Assembly (NCBI GenBank): GCA_049999805.1
Contig: JBNGIO010005973.1
Coordinates: 128,877 to 177,153, forward strand
From: Folioceros fuciformis
Lineage: Eukaryota
DNA: 48,277 nucleotides
Reading direction: 5' to 3'
In this document: positions 1-13,675 of the stretch, one piece after another
Position numbering within the stretch: position 1 is the stretch's first letter
How the letters are laid out: every line of letters begins with the position of its first letter
Notes under the pieces: model-generated
What the model was told of the DNA's origin: nothing
Database searches by the model: none
Seen by the model: the letters and a program-made list of their open reading frames with translations, nothing else
Position numbers and translations under genes: made by a program

Positions 1-2397
1 CAGATGGGACCGAGCGCAACAGAGCATGGGGCCGGTGTTATTCATCGGTCTATTGACCTGTTGTTCAATTTGAAGAAGGATACTCTTCACGATTGGGAGT
101 TCAAGATATCAGCAGAGATAATCGAGGTGCCTTTTGTCATTCATGTAATTTACCTGGGCATTGGACTTCAGCCTCGATAGTCAGAGCAATGCACTCATTT
201 ACGTGGTGTCTTCCAGATTTACAATGAGACCGTTCGTGATCTTTTGGCTGGACTGAATAAGAGCTTCTCAAGATATCCTTTTGCCGGTCTCGTCGTGTAG
301 AATGTGCATTGTTTCAGCTTCGCTATTGCTTCTACAATTTATGGTTGCGAAAACTTCTTGACAATTTTGCACAGTCGAGCAGAGGCGGTTGGATAACTCA
401 ATACGAGGATCAGATTCTGTGCAAGTGAAAGTTGACTCGACCCAGGAGGTCATTCAGCTCATGGAGATAGGTGCACGAAATCGTGCAGTAGGAGCGACCA
501 GTATGAATGAGCATAGCAGCAGATCCCATTGGTGGGTAGAGTAATTCTTGTCCCTTCTGTTGAAGACTCCAAACGTCCATTCAGAGTTGTGTGTTCTGAC
601 TCTCTACGCATTTTATGGCAGCATTGTTATTCTGAGAGTGGAGGGTGTGCAAAGACATAGTGGTGAGAAGATCTTCAGCTCTCTCAATCTGATAGATCTC
701 GCAGGGTCGGAGCGCGTGTCTCGCTCTGAAGCCACTGGTGATCGTCTGAAGTGAGTGGTTAACTGAGCCAACACCAGTGTTTTTTCTTTCTGTCGCGCTG
801 TGGGATGCCGCATCTGACGCTCAGGGCCCTCTGAATTGGTTAGAGAAACGCAGCATATCAACAAGTCTCTGGCGGCCTTAGGGGATGTGATGCAGGCCTT
901 GCTCGAGAAGCGATCCCACATCCCCTTCCGCAATTCCAAGCTCACACAACTGCTTCAAGATTCTTTAGGTGAGCTCCTTTCAACCCACTGCACTCAGGAT
1001 GGGAGCTTCTATGTTCAGAATGGCCAGTTAACCAGAAAATCGTTGACACAGGTGGCAATTCGAAAGTGGTCATGCTGGCACATGTCGCCCCTGAAAGAGA
1101 ATCTTTGAGTGAATCGATCAGTACGCTAAAGTTTGCTTCAAGGTTGCTCAACGTGGAGCTGGGCATGGCTGGGAAGAACAAAGGCGGTTTCCGACAGTTG
1201 CAGGCTATGGTAATATCGTCCGATCAGCCTGTTTCGCCATTTTCTCGCATGAGACTGGCTGTAAAAATCATGGAGCTTCAAATGGCATGGTAGGAGTTGC
1301 CGACTCTTGTTTTGTTTTTGACAATTTCGATTTGGCGCTAAGCAGGTCTCGGACAAAGATAAGGAGGTGGAGGACGTAAAGCGGCAGTTAGAGGAAAGTC
1401 AGAAACTGGCAGCTTACAAAATTGAAGGTTGTAAAAAGGAATTGTTGTCAAAGAAGGCTGAGGTACGTGCGCTAGAAATGAGCTTGATTCATCTAGTAGG
1501 ACACACTATGGAGTCATCGCCATATGATATTGTTTAATCATCTTTGCAGGCAAAGGCTCTTGCTGCGCGAGTGGCTATTCTTGAACAGAAAAATAGAGAT
1601 TTGGAACGTCGTCTGGAACAGGGTGCTGCGTTTGAGAGCACTGTGTCCAACTTGCAGCGCCAGTCTGCTTCTTTGAACTCATCTTTAAGCTCTGAGATCA
1701 TTCGAAGCGGTAAAGTCCAACACCCGGCAGCGAATGATCAGTATCATCGAAAGTTTTGAGACTCTCGTGGCTGAAAATCTTGAACTGTGGTTCTGTGCAG
1801 ACGCCGTTACGACAGGACGGTTGCCGCGATATCCAGAGAGTAGATCCTTGTCAAGAGCCCCCAGCACGTGTAGTACATTGGGAGACGCTAGTGAAGTTTC
1901 TAGCCCGGAGCTCCAACCGTCGAGAGAACCGGATCTTGGTCTAGCGGACAACTCGCTTGAGCCGCTTCCCCACTCCGAAACTGAATTGTAAGTGTCTCAG
2001 CCGTAAGTTCTAATCCTGCTCTGGTTGGGGTAAGGAAGAAAGTCGCTGAAAGCATTAGAATTGAACTCATTTATGCAGAGCGTGTGTCCTTCCACGAAAG
2101 TTACAGTCACGAGAACAACTGTCTAGATCGAAGGATTTCGCGCATTATGTACAACATGGTAGAAAGTTAAGGATACCAAGGTACGCAGTCCGTCACCGTC
2201 GAATTCCTAGTATCCAATTCTGCTAATGGCTGCCCTCGAAACCGTTTTGGCTTATGTGGCTAACTTTTGGACTTTTCCTGTCGTGCAGCGTTTCGTTGTC
2301 GATAAACGGGCACCCTGCGTTAAGAGAATCAATTACATCAACAGGAATGCTGCCCGTTGGCAGAGTGCAGAAATACACGTCGAAAAGGTGGATGTAA
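1..2397 (+). CDS. Kinesin-14 family motor protein, 5'-truncated by the window edge, multi-exon
   Basis: Spliced exons give the kinesin motifs [18 protein letters not shown] (switch I), [10 protein letters not shown] (switch II), [31 protein letters not shown] and STLKFASR, followed by a coiled-coil-like tail. The proposed last exon (2289-2397) ends ...SKRWM*. The 3' exon structure is tentative; an alternative stop lies at 1991. Confidence 0.85.
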
Positions 2398-3058
2398 TGG
2401 TTGTGACTACTTGTTAGTGCTAACTAAACCACTATAGCCATTGTTCTTGTACTCACCCTGACACGTCGCTGGCACGGCTATCACATGTTGCGATTGTTTG
2501 TTACTAGGTCTCCAGAACCATCTCGGAGAGGTCTATTCTAACCTGCCAAGCTTTAAGCCAAGGCGGTTGATCAGGTTGTAAATTCTAACAGTGTGCAAGT
2601 TTTTGATAACGCTGATCACTAACAAAAACGCCCTTGGAAGGAAGTTGCACAGAATAGTGAGTGGGGCGAATGTCTTGTATCATATAGAAGAGGAATCTGA
2701 GTAAGCTTTGAGCTTATACCATTACATTATAACGGTGATCTGGAGAATCAAAACCTCATGATACTCTCGACAAATCAGCATCGTTTACTTGGTGTGTTTA
2801 AGCTTACAAAAATGCCGAGTAGAGATATTTTGGTAGGTAACTGCTAAAATTCATCATCCGCAGATCTTGCTTTCTCAGGACGGCTACCTTCCCGACGATG
2901 ATAAACCAGTTGCTGAAGCTGTCACAGTGCCAGTCATTTATGGACCTGGTAGCACCTAGATCTTCATGGGGAAAGTGGTCAAGTTACCAGCGTTCACTGC
3001 CCTCATCCAATCTTTGCACATAAATATTCACAGAGGCCCATCTTGTACGTTCATGACT

Positions 3059-4789
3059 CTAGCTCGTATCTCTTTGCTTTTTCTTCTTCTTCGCTCTCGT
3101 TCTCTTCCGCTTGGATTTCTGCTGCACATCTGAGGCGGAACTTCCTGCTGTACCAGATCGCCCCCTCCCACCCTCCAAGACTTCCCAACTGTTGCTGGAC
3201 GACGATTGATGTTTGACTCTGCTATTCATGTCTCCATTACTAACAGACGGGCGCTGTGTTCTCCTTTTCCCCGCATCTCCAATACTGGTGTTCCCTGACC
3301 TGCTTCCCCCACCGGTATTGACGAAAGATACTTGACCCCCTCTTGACCTAGGTGGTGGCATGAGGATACTGGCGGACCTTTGTCTCTGTAAGTGCCACAG
3401 TTACTATCAGGTGCCCACAGTTCCAGCTAATGTTTTTCATACCTTCATGGCAGCTTTAAACCTAAAGCCCTAAGTCCCAAAGCCTAAGTCCCTAAGCAAG
3501 AACATACCTGATCTTTCGAGGAGTGCTTGGATGACTTTCCACTATCCTCAAACACCCGTTGCCTTTTAGTGGCAGGCTGGTTCCTGGCCTCCCTCACCAG
3601 ACTAAGCGGTACAACCTCTCGGGATGTGTCATCCTTCTCCTCACCCACCCTTGAAGCCAAACACACGGTCACCAAGCATACCTGACCGAGAACCTGTAAA
3701 GCATCGAGCCCATTTTCACAAATGACTATCGACACAGGTCATGACACTTACCTTGGGCTCCTGTCTGTCCACTCATCATCTGCGTCTGCCTCATCGCTTG
3801 ACGATCCAGCAACGAAGAAATCATCCTCACTCATATCCGTTGCTCCATCATCTTCACTTCCAGTCTCTGGTGAGAGCCCACAAAGTTTCAAGTTGCAAAC
3901 GATCACCGACTACTTGACGAACAAAGAGGAATGAATTCCACTAGCCCTTACCCTCAAGGTCCACACCGGCAGCAGCAGCCGCAATACGGTTGGCTTTAAT
4001 CTTCTCCCTCAGCTCATTCCTCCGAGCCACAACCTGCTCATCATCGCCTGAAAAAAGGGACACATACTTCTCCGTCTTGGGGAAAAACTGCACAGAACCA
4101 ATCCGTCACATGAGCAGAAAAACTCATCTCCCCAACCGGAAACCACAATTTCTCATCCCATAGTCTCAGCTACGAACTTTACCCTAACATACTCCAAGTC
4201 CTCCTTCAAGTGAGCAAGCTCCTGGCTAATCTCAGCGGCCTTGTTATCGCCATCGTTCTCCGAACTAGCTCTTTGCTGTTTCTCGAGTCTCCGTATCCTT
4301 CTCTCTATCTTCCTCCTCTCTGCAAAGCCAGGGGTTTCAAATCAGCGGCTCCAAAATGCAGTCCTTTCACCACACAACCTCCAACCAAGCAGAAACCCTC
4401 ACCGAAAAATTTCACTTTCCGATACCGAAGAGCCATCTTCCTCTCAAGCTCACAGCGAGCATGTAAGTCCGCCTGCTTTTTCAGCTCGTCCAGTCTCTTC
4501 TGCTGCACATCCTTCATCTCCACGGACAGGGACTGCACTTCACCCCAGAGCTACTCAGTCCTGCCACTCACAAGAATCCGTAATTGGAAGAACCCCAAGA
4601 AAAGCGAACGCGGATCACCTTCTTCAGCAGCCTCTCAATTGAGCGAATTTGGTTCTTAATCGACACGATCTTGGTCTTCTTGCCAGGATCCTTGCGCACT
4701 CCCGTGACCCTGGACCGGGCCTTCCCCAACCCGGAAGCTACAGACGGTCGGCCCGCCACCCTCCTCTTCCCATAACCTCCGTGGGCCAT
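3059..4789 (-). CDS. EFG1: rRNA-processing protein EFG1-like, multi-exon
   Basis: N-terminus MAHGGYGKRRV...VSIKNQIRSIERLLKK, then LERKMALRYRKVKFF, an acidic SEDDFF segment and a basic C-terminus KSKRKRTRAKKKK. These match my recollection of plant Efg1-family proteins. GT-AG introns separate the ORF-track fragments. Confidence 0.75.
3452..3496 (+). repeat. Degenerate telomere-like (CCCTAAR) tandem array in an EFG1 intron
   Basis: Sequence ctttaaacctaaagccctaagtcccaaagcctaagtccctaag consists of imperfect 6-8 nt units resembling CCCTAAA. Confidence 0.4.
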
Positions 4790-5298
4790 GCTGCAAAATC
4801 CTCCTTATCCAACACTCATCGATGCCAAGCTTCTCAATCCGGATTCCTACCCCTGCTCGCGCCAGGCCCCAGTTCCCAGGACAGACCGATTCACACCAGA
4901 TTCCCGCCCCCTAGTTGCATATCAGCTCGTTCTCTAGTCTCGATGCAAAAAAGCTTCCGCGCCATTCAAGACCTGGAATCTTGCAACCCCCAGAGACCGT
5001 GCCTTCCATTTAAGATGAAGCCACCAATACTGACCTCCACATGGATCGCGCAGAAGCCGTTGCAAACGGGGGGCCTTCCAGCCGCTGTCATAGTTCGGAA
5101 TGAGCCTTGCAAAATGTACGCCGAGCTCGCGAGGTCGCAACCCTTGGGTTCAGTTCGAACCAAACCTACTTCAACGAAAAAACACGTGAAACTTGACAGG
5201 TAATGGGTGAACTGGTGAGCCTTCTACCTAAAATACATGGCCTTATTTTAAGTAAGAAAGCTATATGTAGGCAAACTCCTTGACCCTGACCCTGCTCC

Positions 5299-5319
5299 GC
5301 TCGGCTCGGCTCGGCTCGG
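5299..5319 (+). repeat. (GCTCG)4 microsatellite between the divergent EFG1 and MIA40 genes
   Basis: gctcggctcggctcggctcgg is read directly. Confidence 0.8.
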
Positions 5320-5649
5320 GTCGAGCACTATGACATACCTTACTTATCCAGGAAACTTCCATCTACTGGATGTATGCATGTTTAGGTCGTTGAGACTCAA
5401 GATTTGAATGGTCATTCATGTCGTTGTTGCCACAATGTTGATCTGACTGCGCCGTGCATCCATTCTGGTAAGGGCTGGCTTGTTTGCTTGTGTGGTATCA
5501 TGGAGTTTGTTATTTCTCAGGAGGGAGAGATGTAGTTCTGCCTGGTTCAGATGGCTTGGCAGGAGTGCATGGCTTCAGATTCACGTCTTTCATGTATGTG
5601 CAGGTGATGAGGAGAAGGGTTTGCACCTCCGTTTGAGGGTTTTGCAGGG

Positions 5650-6532
5650 ATGCCAAGAACGACAGATCAGGTGAGGAGTGGCTGTATAGGCATTGATAGC
5701 TGTGGGAAACAGGTGTGGTTGTGGCAGTGTGCAGGATGGGTCCGAGGGTGCACAGCGCACGAGCACGACATACGGAAGCAAAGCTTTGATTGCGGAATGA
5801 AGTTATGATGGGGTTCTGGAGCAAACGGTTCCACAGATTGTTTTGTTTCCGAGACATGGGGATTGTGGTGACTGTTGTTGCATGGTGCTGTAGGCGCCCG
5901 GCAAAGGGGATGGATTCAGAATCGGCCCTGAAGTTTCTGAGGTTATATTCCGCACTGATTGGGAGGTCTCGAGCCAGTGGTAGGACTGTTGGCACCTAAG
6001 CTTTGGTTTTTGTTGTGTTCTGTGTGGGTTGGTCCAGGAAGACGCAGAAATACAGCGTGACCGTGAAGCCCTAGCGAATGAGGCCATCGAGTGTGAATGC
6101 CTCGACGGGTTGAAATCTGGTCCTTGTGGGGAGGAGTTTAAAGAGGCCTTCCTTTGTTTCTTAAAGAGTGGTCACCCCGAGAAGGTCAGTGATCGTCTGC
6201 CTGGTTAACCTGGATCATGTCAGTGGCAGTTGATACGGATGGCTGCCTTCGTCTATTTGACTATAGTGGTCTTTCTTCATCTTCAGGGGACAGACTGCGT
6301 AGAGCCCTATTTTACAGCCTTGAAGAAGTGCATAAATCAGAATGAGAAAGCCCTCCTGGAACTTGCACCTGAAGACGACCCAGCGAGGTACACAGGGGCC
6401 CCTTTACCAGCCGTTGACCCTTCAAGCGTCAAGCTTCCTAAGTTTTACAACGATAAGCATTGGAAACCAGGGGATCCAGAGCCTATCAGCAAGGACGAGG
6501 ATGGGGACACGGAGATGTCAGATGCAGACTAG
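5650..6532 (+). CDS. MIA40: MIA40/CHCHD4-like intermembrane-space oxidoreductase, atypical; start tentative
   Basis: Exon ~6038-6184 reads EDAEIQRDREALANEAIECECLDGLKSGPCGEEFKEAFLCFLKSGHPEK. After intron 6185-6286, exon 6287-6532 reads GTDCVEPYFTALKKCINQN.... This follows the plant MIA40 pattern (CPC...GxCGxxFxEAFLCFLKS..EKGxDCV..F.AL..CI). A putative first exon MPRTTDQ lies at 5650-5670. Confidence 0.75.
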
Positions 6533-6775
6533 CCTCATGGCACCTTAAAGTGGTTTGTAGCGCACAAGGAGCCCATTCAACCTTTGAATTGGCTGCTTGG
6601 GGGGAATGCGTGGGACGCGCAAAATGAGAAACGTTTGTTGTACATGGAAGGCCTTGTGAGAAAATTGCCCGTCGGATACACATTTAGGTTTGTCATGTAC
6701 TGCAAGCAACCGAAGGGAAGGAAATGCAATCTGCATCTGCAGGAAGGGGGAAAGACAGCTCAACCCGGGTAGATC

Positions 6776-9700
6776 TCACATGAGGGTTGATCTCACAAGA
6801 CTCCCAGCGAGATCCTCAAAGCTCTTTGATAGCTGCACTTCGTCTATAGTCCGTTTGAAGGTGCCCCGCGCGGCACTAGCCATGTTCTCCAGAAGATTTG
6901 TGCTTCTGTCGTTACCAAACAGAATGGTGTGGAGGACCAGCTTTGGCATCACCGTCTTCATACTTTCTATGAGGGTGATTGGATCATGAGGTCCAAAATT
7001 TTCACCGTCACTGAGAAAGATGAGCACGGGACACTTTGGGGGATTGTCCTTCGCAGCCACCCGAAGCAGATAGTCAGCTTGATGCAGGCCGCTGCAATAG
7101 TCTGTCCAGCCACCTGCGTAATGAGAGAGGAGCTTTTCAACTGCAAACTTCTTGATAAGCTGCCTCTCCAATACAGTTGTACCAACACTATTGAACAGGA
7201 TGACGGAAACCAAGTCAGGCTCCCGAGTTGCCAGCTTTCCTCGACCTTTGACGAAGCGAACAATTGCTTCATAGACGCATCCCAGTCTATTGTTGTGTTT
7301 CTTAGCTATTTTGGAGAGAGTGGGTCGGATATCGTTGTCAGACATGGATGCCGACCTGTCTACGATGAAGATAATGTGGTAGGAAGTGTCCCTAGCATGG
7401 TTGCAGGAAAAGGAGTGACCATCATCTGTTACATATCCAGTGGTAGGCAGAGCAGAGGGTTCCGTGTTTGGAACAGGCTGATGCCACAGCTTCTCCCTGC
7501 AGTAGCTTTTGGCGCTATCGGAATCGTGGTCGTCAGACCTGCAGAAATGGTTGCAGAGCTCGAATTCTTTGCGATCCTCCTCTTTGCAAGGGTGCTTGAA
7601 CCTGATGTGGTTCCAGTACGCACTACATGTGAATTCATCCTTTGGCTCATCGAAGTTGGGGCCGAACTTCCTGGTTTCATGTCTTACACCCTTGAGGGTG
7701 GTCTCTCCACAGACCCCAGACGCCTCATGCCCCGGACACCTGACAAGATGAATGTGGCCCCTGCCCTGTGCCTTGCAGTACATGCTGCAGATCTCAGCCA
7801 TTCCAGACTCTCCCCATGCGTACCTGCGGCCCTGAATATCGATTGCCTCTGCCTCAGCCACAAAGCTAACACTACGCATGTTACCATGCACTGTATCGTG
7901 CAATCCTGCATGACCCATCGCAAGGTGGCAGAAGTACCCACAAGCTGGGCATCGTTCGCTACAGAAGTGCACAGCGTTCTCCTCTGTTGTGTGACGATGG
8001 GGCCCCTCGTGCCTGTCTGCGCCCGGGGGGATTGCAATGCAGCATCGCTCTCTCACACCGTTCTGCTCGGTAACATCTTCGTACTCGAAAACTGACCTCT
8101 TCCCTGCGAAGGTCATGGGGTGCTTGGCCTGTTCCGTCACAATCCGACATATCCCAGGAGCCTCACATTCAGCATGGCAGCTGTGCTCGTACCCACAGAT
8201 GTGCTTGCCATCAGAATGCAACTCGTGGAAATGATCCAAGGCGCCACACTTCCTGTTGCACCCTGGAAATGTACAGGTTAGAGGGCACGTCTGCTCACTG
8301 CATGCGTGCCTTTCATGGTGCCCGAGTTCCAGACGTAATGTACAGGAGTTCCTGCACGAGGACATAGAACATGTCCCTGCACACAAGTGGTGGTTGGTGT
8401 TGCACCTGTGATCGCCCGGATGGTGCAGATCCAGAGCACAAAACCTGTTACAGTTGGAGGACTTGTCAGAAAACGTGCATTCCTGACCACAGGCGTGATT
8501 CCGTTCCTTACAGTCATGCGGACCATCGTGGCCATTCAAGTCACCACACTCATTCGCCGAATTCTTGGTTGCTGGGTCCGCAGTACAGAAGGTGCAAGGA
8601 CTGGCACACCCATGAGAGCTTTCCGAACAATCGTGGCCATGCGGATGGCCTCTCTCCAGCACACAAAGCAGGAAGCAAGCTTGACACTTGTTGCTACACA
8701 GCGACAGCTTCTGTTTCAGGTCTGCCAGCATCGCAAGTGCTTGAGAACGGATCTTTTCAACCTCGCCATCACTTTGGAAATCCACTGTATTGCAGCGCAC
8801 CCACTCCGACACCCTCCATCGGCGTCTCTCTACTAAGGCAGCCAAGAAAGCTTCAAACTTGGCATGCCAGATACCATCATCCGTCCCCTTCCTCTGGACC
8901 ACCTCCACAAATGTAGCCTTCAAAGACCGCAGAACGCTACCAATCACAAGACTGTCCTGGGAGGGAAACAGCTGCAAGCCTGTGTCCCGCACTCCGAAGC
9001 TGTACTGGTCCAGCTGAAGAGCATCATCAGCAACGGGCTCCAAAGTGTCAAGATTCACCAGCTCATTGTCATGCTCTCCTTCTAGCTTACCAGAACAAAC
9101 AGCGGTGCTCAAGTCCTTCCTGAGAGCATCAAGCCGCAGGGCGACTCTTTTCGTGGAAATTGGAGACCAGTCCTTAGCACTGATCTGGGCTATCATCAGC
9201 TTTAAATCAGTTGCCAGGTTGCCTCCGTCCTTATATACTTCCTTCAACTCCTCTTCCACTGTCGCCGCTAGATCAACCACGCTCTTGTGAAATTCTGGTG
9301 CGTGGAAAGGATGCATCGTGGCTATGACTATGTTGCCTCCGTACATCTTCCTGAGAAAATTCTCTTCTGACCTGCGGCACATGTGCATCATTTTCTTATG
9401 AAATTCGTTCTCCAGGGCCTCCACATCTTCTGCATCCACGTCCTTGATAGCCAGGTAGAAGAGCCCTTGAAACAACCGAGGATCCTGCTTGACCAAGCTG
9501 ATGCTGTTTTGAAAACGTTGGAACACAGCATCGGTCTCCTTGTCCAGATTGAAATCCTGGCAGCCAGAAACGAAAAGCAAGAGTGCACAGCTCACATCAA
9601 TTGCAAGCAAACCAGAGGGCTACTCTCTCTCTACCGGAAGGGAGCATAGAACCAGAGGGCTGACCTTCTTGTTGAAAATTGTGATATTGCTCAATGCTGC

Positions 9701-12700
9701 ATTGAGAAGGGACAAGAGCATGTCCTCTTGCTCACTTCGCTCGAAGCTACCCAAGCCTTCAAAATCCAGAAGCACGTACAAGCACTTGTCAGTGACTCGT
9801 ACAGTCATCCAGACGCCATCTGTGCAACGCCCACCTGCCACATCCAGCAAGGAACCGCTCAGGTGATTGAGCAGGTAGGATTTCCCACTGCTCTGTTTTC
9901 CCATGGACGAGATGACCTTGACAGTGCCGTGCCAGTGAGCGAGGACAGCATCGTACAAGCCGAAGTGGATGCCGTTGGCTAGAGAGATTGCATCGGCGTA
10001 CTCCAAGTGTGAAGGAAGCTGGAGTCCATTGCTGAGCGGACGCAGGCTGTTGTTCTCTGCTCGTGCTATCTGTATTGGCACTAAGCAAATCAGCTCCCTG
10101 ATCCATGTCCCAACGCCTACTGGAGAACTATGCTTCCGCCCAAGACTCTTCCCATGAGATCGGCACCCAGCTAAGGTGTCTGACGTCAGGTGTATGTGCA
10201 GATTGGACAGATCTTTGCCTCTTTGTCCCAGCTTCTCCAGCGAACTCTCTACATAGCGAACGTACTGCTTCCCGAGTTCCTTGCTTGGGTCTGACAGTGA
10301 TCTTCCTCCTAGCACGATGTATACGTACACGTTTCTCATCGTATTCAACAGAGGTGGGCTGGTGGAGAACTTTTCGAAGATCATTGAAATATAATCCAGT
10401 GCCGGGGATGTCACGGATACAGGGCCTGGCTGGCTGGCTTCCTCTCCCATTCCCCTCTTCCCTTGCCTAGCCTCCTGCAGCTGAGAGCCTGGTAAATGTT
10501 GTGGAACTTCCACAAGGCTGTCTATCACTTTCGAGCAAATACCTCTGGAGGGTTTTGATGTGTCCAGAAGGACGAGGTGCATCTGGGACTCGAACTTGAT
10601 GACTGCAGCCTCCAGACTAGCAGGGTCTTCCACCGGAAAGTCTACCTGCACAGTTTTCAAATGGTCAATTTCGTCCTCCAGGTTGAATATTTGCACCTCG
10701 AGAAAAGCATGAAGCCTGTCATTCTGATCGTGCAGAAGCTCATCAGTTGCATGCCCTTGAGGCTCGTCTGCTCCCGAAGCACGAGATGTTGGAGACTGAG
10801 CCGAGCTCCCTCCTGCTGTGTAAATCGTGATGAGGCAGGACCCATCGCTGGAAACAAACACCTTGATGGGGGAGCCTGGAAGAGACGCAGTTCTTGGTTT
10901 GATCATACCAGACTGATTTATCTCAAAGACTCGAACTCTGCAATCAGTGTCAATAAGGAGCAGCTCCCTCTTCCCTGGAATGAAGAGGATGGCAGTTAAG
11001 TCTGCACTGCCGGAATAATCGAGCAGAGGCAAGTTGATATCGCAATATTCGATGCGATGTGTAGTTTCATCGTAGCGATAGATTCCCACTTTGCTCAACA
11101 GCCGATCATACAGAGCCATGTACTTGGAGACTTCGTCGAAGGCGAACAGATCAAAGCGTTTGAAGCTTCGGATGGGTTTAGCACTTGCCAGGTTTGAACC
11201 CACTTTGGGGCATAGGTACACCCTCAGCGAGGTGTTCTCAACATCGTGAACGAAGATGAACAACTCTCCAGACCTTAAAGCAATGACTCGATACAGCCTA
11301 TCTGCGAGCAAGTCCAGGTCCATCAGCTTGAGGTACGACGAAGAGCACTGTGGAACGATGACGTGGGCTGGATTCCGAACCAACTCATCAACATCCTGCT
11401 TCGTTGCTACAAGCTCGGCTACTTTCCATGTGACTATTGCTGGCTCTGTCACCTCTTGCGAAAACTGCAGTCCAACCCTTTCCTCCTTCAGCTCCACGTC
11501 CTCGAACCTCGTGTTTCCCCTGTTGGTGTTGGAGAACTGGCCCTCCGTCTTCCTGGAGAGAAGGGTACACCTGGAAATGGACAAGCTGGACAGCCAAGGC
11601 ATGCACGGGTTCTCGCTGGCTGGACTCCTATGTCTCTTCAGGAACTCGGACATTTCGGATGTGAATGACTGCTCAAGCACCCTGCAATGGCTTTCCAGCT
11701 GAAGACGTCTCTGTTCCCTCAGCAATGTGAGCACCTTCCTCTGCACCAGCCTCTCCACCTTGGAAGAAAGATTGTAACAGTCCTCTCGATAAACTGCCCT
11801 GCAAGCTTCCATCACTTCAGGGACATACGTAGCGCTAGGCAGTTGAAGTGACAAGAACTCCAAGGTGTACTTCCCAACCATCTCGCCAACCTTTTGGTTT
11901 GAAAACTTCGAACGAAAATAAGCGGAGGGGGAGGAAGACATCACAGCTTCCCTGACTGAGGCCAGTGTAGCCTGACAAACGTCGTCTCCATAGTCCTCAG
12001 GGCATTCACATACGCAGCTCAGCGCATCTGCCCTGAAACGCTGAGGCATGACACTTTCTTTCCCATACATGTCCATCCACCTCAACATACCTTCTGCTCC
12101 CTGGTCCATCACCTTAACTCGCACTGTACACGGCAATATGAGCAAGGGACAATCACCCTCGCCAACACACACCGTCCTTTCAATGCTCGCGGATGCTATA
12201 ATGGGTCCTTCAGCAGATTCACCTTCATTTGGGAGGAATTGCAGCTTGCAAAAATCTTTGTGTGGACCGCCTTGTTTCAACCTTGCAACAAACTCATGAG
12301 GAAACAATATAGGTCCAGCCCACTTTGAAGTCACGTTCTTCACACTCTCAACAACAGCTGGACCCACAATCAGCTCATTGGTAGCACTGTTTACAAGATG
12401 AAATTCCGAGCCCACGAACAGAAACGATATGTCGGTGCTTGCTTGAGTGACACCCATCCACATCCTGCAAAGCTCTAGTTCTACTTCCCCTAGCAGAGGC
12501 CTCCCAGCTTCAGCTGAGCCCAAAGGAGGGAGATCATCCATGTCACGATCTTCAGTTGCCAAATGCGTCTCCTCCCAGCTGAAGCAAATACTCCGGTACA
12601 GTTTCAGTGCCCTCCGGAACAGACCCTGCAGAACCTTTTCCTCATCTTTCAGACTGTCCTCCAGATGGTAAAATTTCTGCTTGTGCTCCTCTCTCCTTCG

Positions 12701-13675
12701 ATGGAAACTGTCGATGAGGGACACATAAGCTGTCCCCACTCTCTCTTTCAGCACTCCACATCGTAGCAGCGTCACAAAGTCGTCGTCGGGAAGCTCAGAA
12801 AAGCTAAGCGCGTGATGTTTGGACCATTCTTGAACAAGATGTGGGAGGTCCCGGGCCTTTACTGTCTTCTCTTGTGTGATGCGCCCCGTCTTCGGAGGAT
12901 GTACAGAAGGAAAGAGCAGGGCCAGCCGATGGTGACTTTCACAAAGCATGAACCGGAGCTCGCCACTCACAAACACATTCTGGTCCTGCACAACGCATGT
13001 GAACCAGTGGGTACCCCTGGACAAGCGGGGCATATCAATTTGGAAACCGGTGCGCAGCTGGATATCACTTCTCAGAGGTGTAGGAGGGATGATGATCTTC
13101 GTGGTCCTCCTACCACGCGCGGAAGCAGATTTGGAGTTGGAACTGGTTTGCTCAGAAGCAGTAGGTGCGGCCACGGTAAACTCATCCTCATCCTCCAGGC
13201 AAACATAGACTGTGTCGCACAGGTCCACAACATATCTGATAAAATTGCAGGATACATCCTTTCTGGAGGCTTCTCCCAACCTCTCGCCAGGATGCCAGTA
13301 GCAAATGTACAAGACATCTTCAGACAAGATGCCGTAAATCCCAGACTCCAGCTGAGTCGTCGCAGAAACTAGCTTCAGACCCACAAGAAGATTCATAACC
13401 ACGTTCTTGCTTCCATAGAGCCCAATCACATGTACCTTGCCCATATCTAGAAAGTCGAAATCTAAAACAATCTTTCCATGTTTCCAGTTTGCTGAGCCCG
13501 CAGCGGCCTCATTGCACAGACTGATCACGTTCTCTCTAACAAGCATCACCTTGTCCACAATTATCAAGTCCAGCTGATTTGGTTGCAAATGCACCAACTT
13601 GTGAAGTCTTGGCTCCGTCGTCCCACTCACACCCACCCGGTCCCGATGGTTTGCCAGGGGATCCGGACCGTCCAT
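6776..13675 (-). CDS. Giant VLIG/RHD3/GBP-superfamily GTPase with Cys/His-rich array and C-terminal vWA domain, paralog A, ~2263 aa, 2 coding exons (13675-9665, 9556-6776)
   Basis: Two long ORFs are joined by a phase-0 GT..AG intron at 9557-9664 (IFNKK|DFNLDK). GTPase motifs: G1 GKQSSGKS, G2 GRCT, G3 LLDFEG, G4-like LAIKDV. A ~430-aa Cys/His repeat region follows. The vWA MIDAS elements are IIFIVDRSASM, GGWTDY and LIFLSDG. Confidence 0.88.

Noticed and set aside
4649-5995. ORFs of 160-184 aa in the EFG1-MIA40 interval
   Set aside because: They overlap EFG1 antisense or promoter/intron sequence and show no recognisable domains.
6929-9649. Long plus-strand ORFs (e.g. 6929-8095, 388 aa) overlapping paralog A, and similar antisense ORFs over paralog B
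   Set aside because: They are antisense shadows of a long coding frame, carry no recognisable motifs and are not conserved between the two paralogs.
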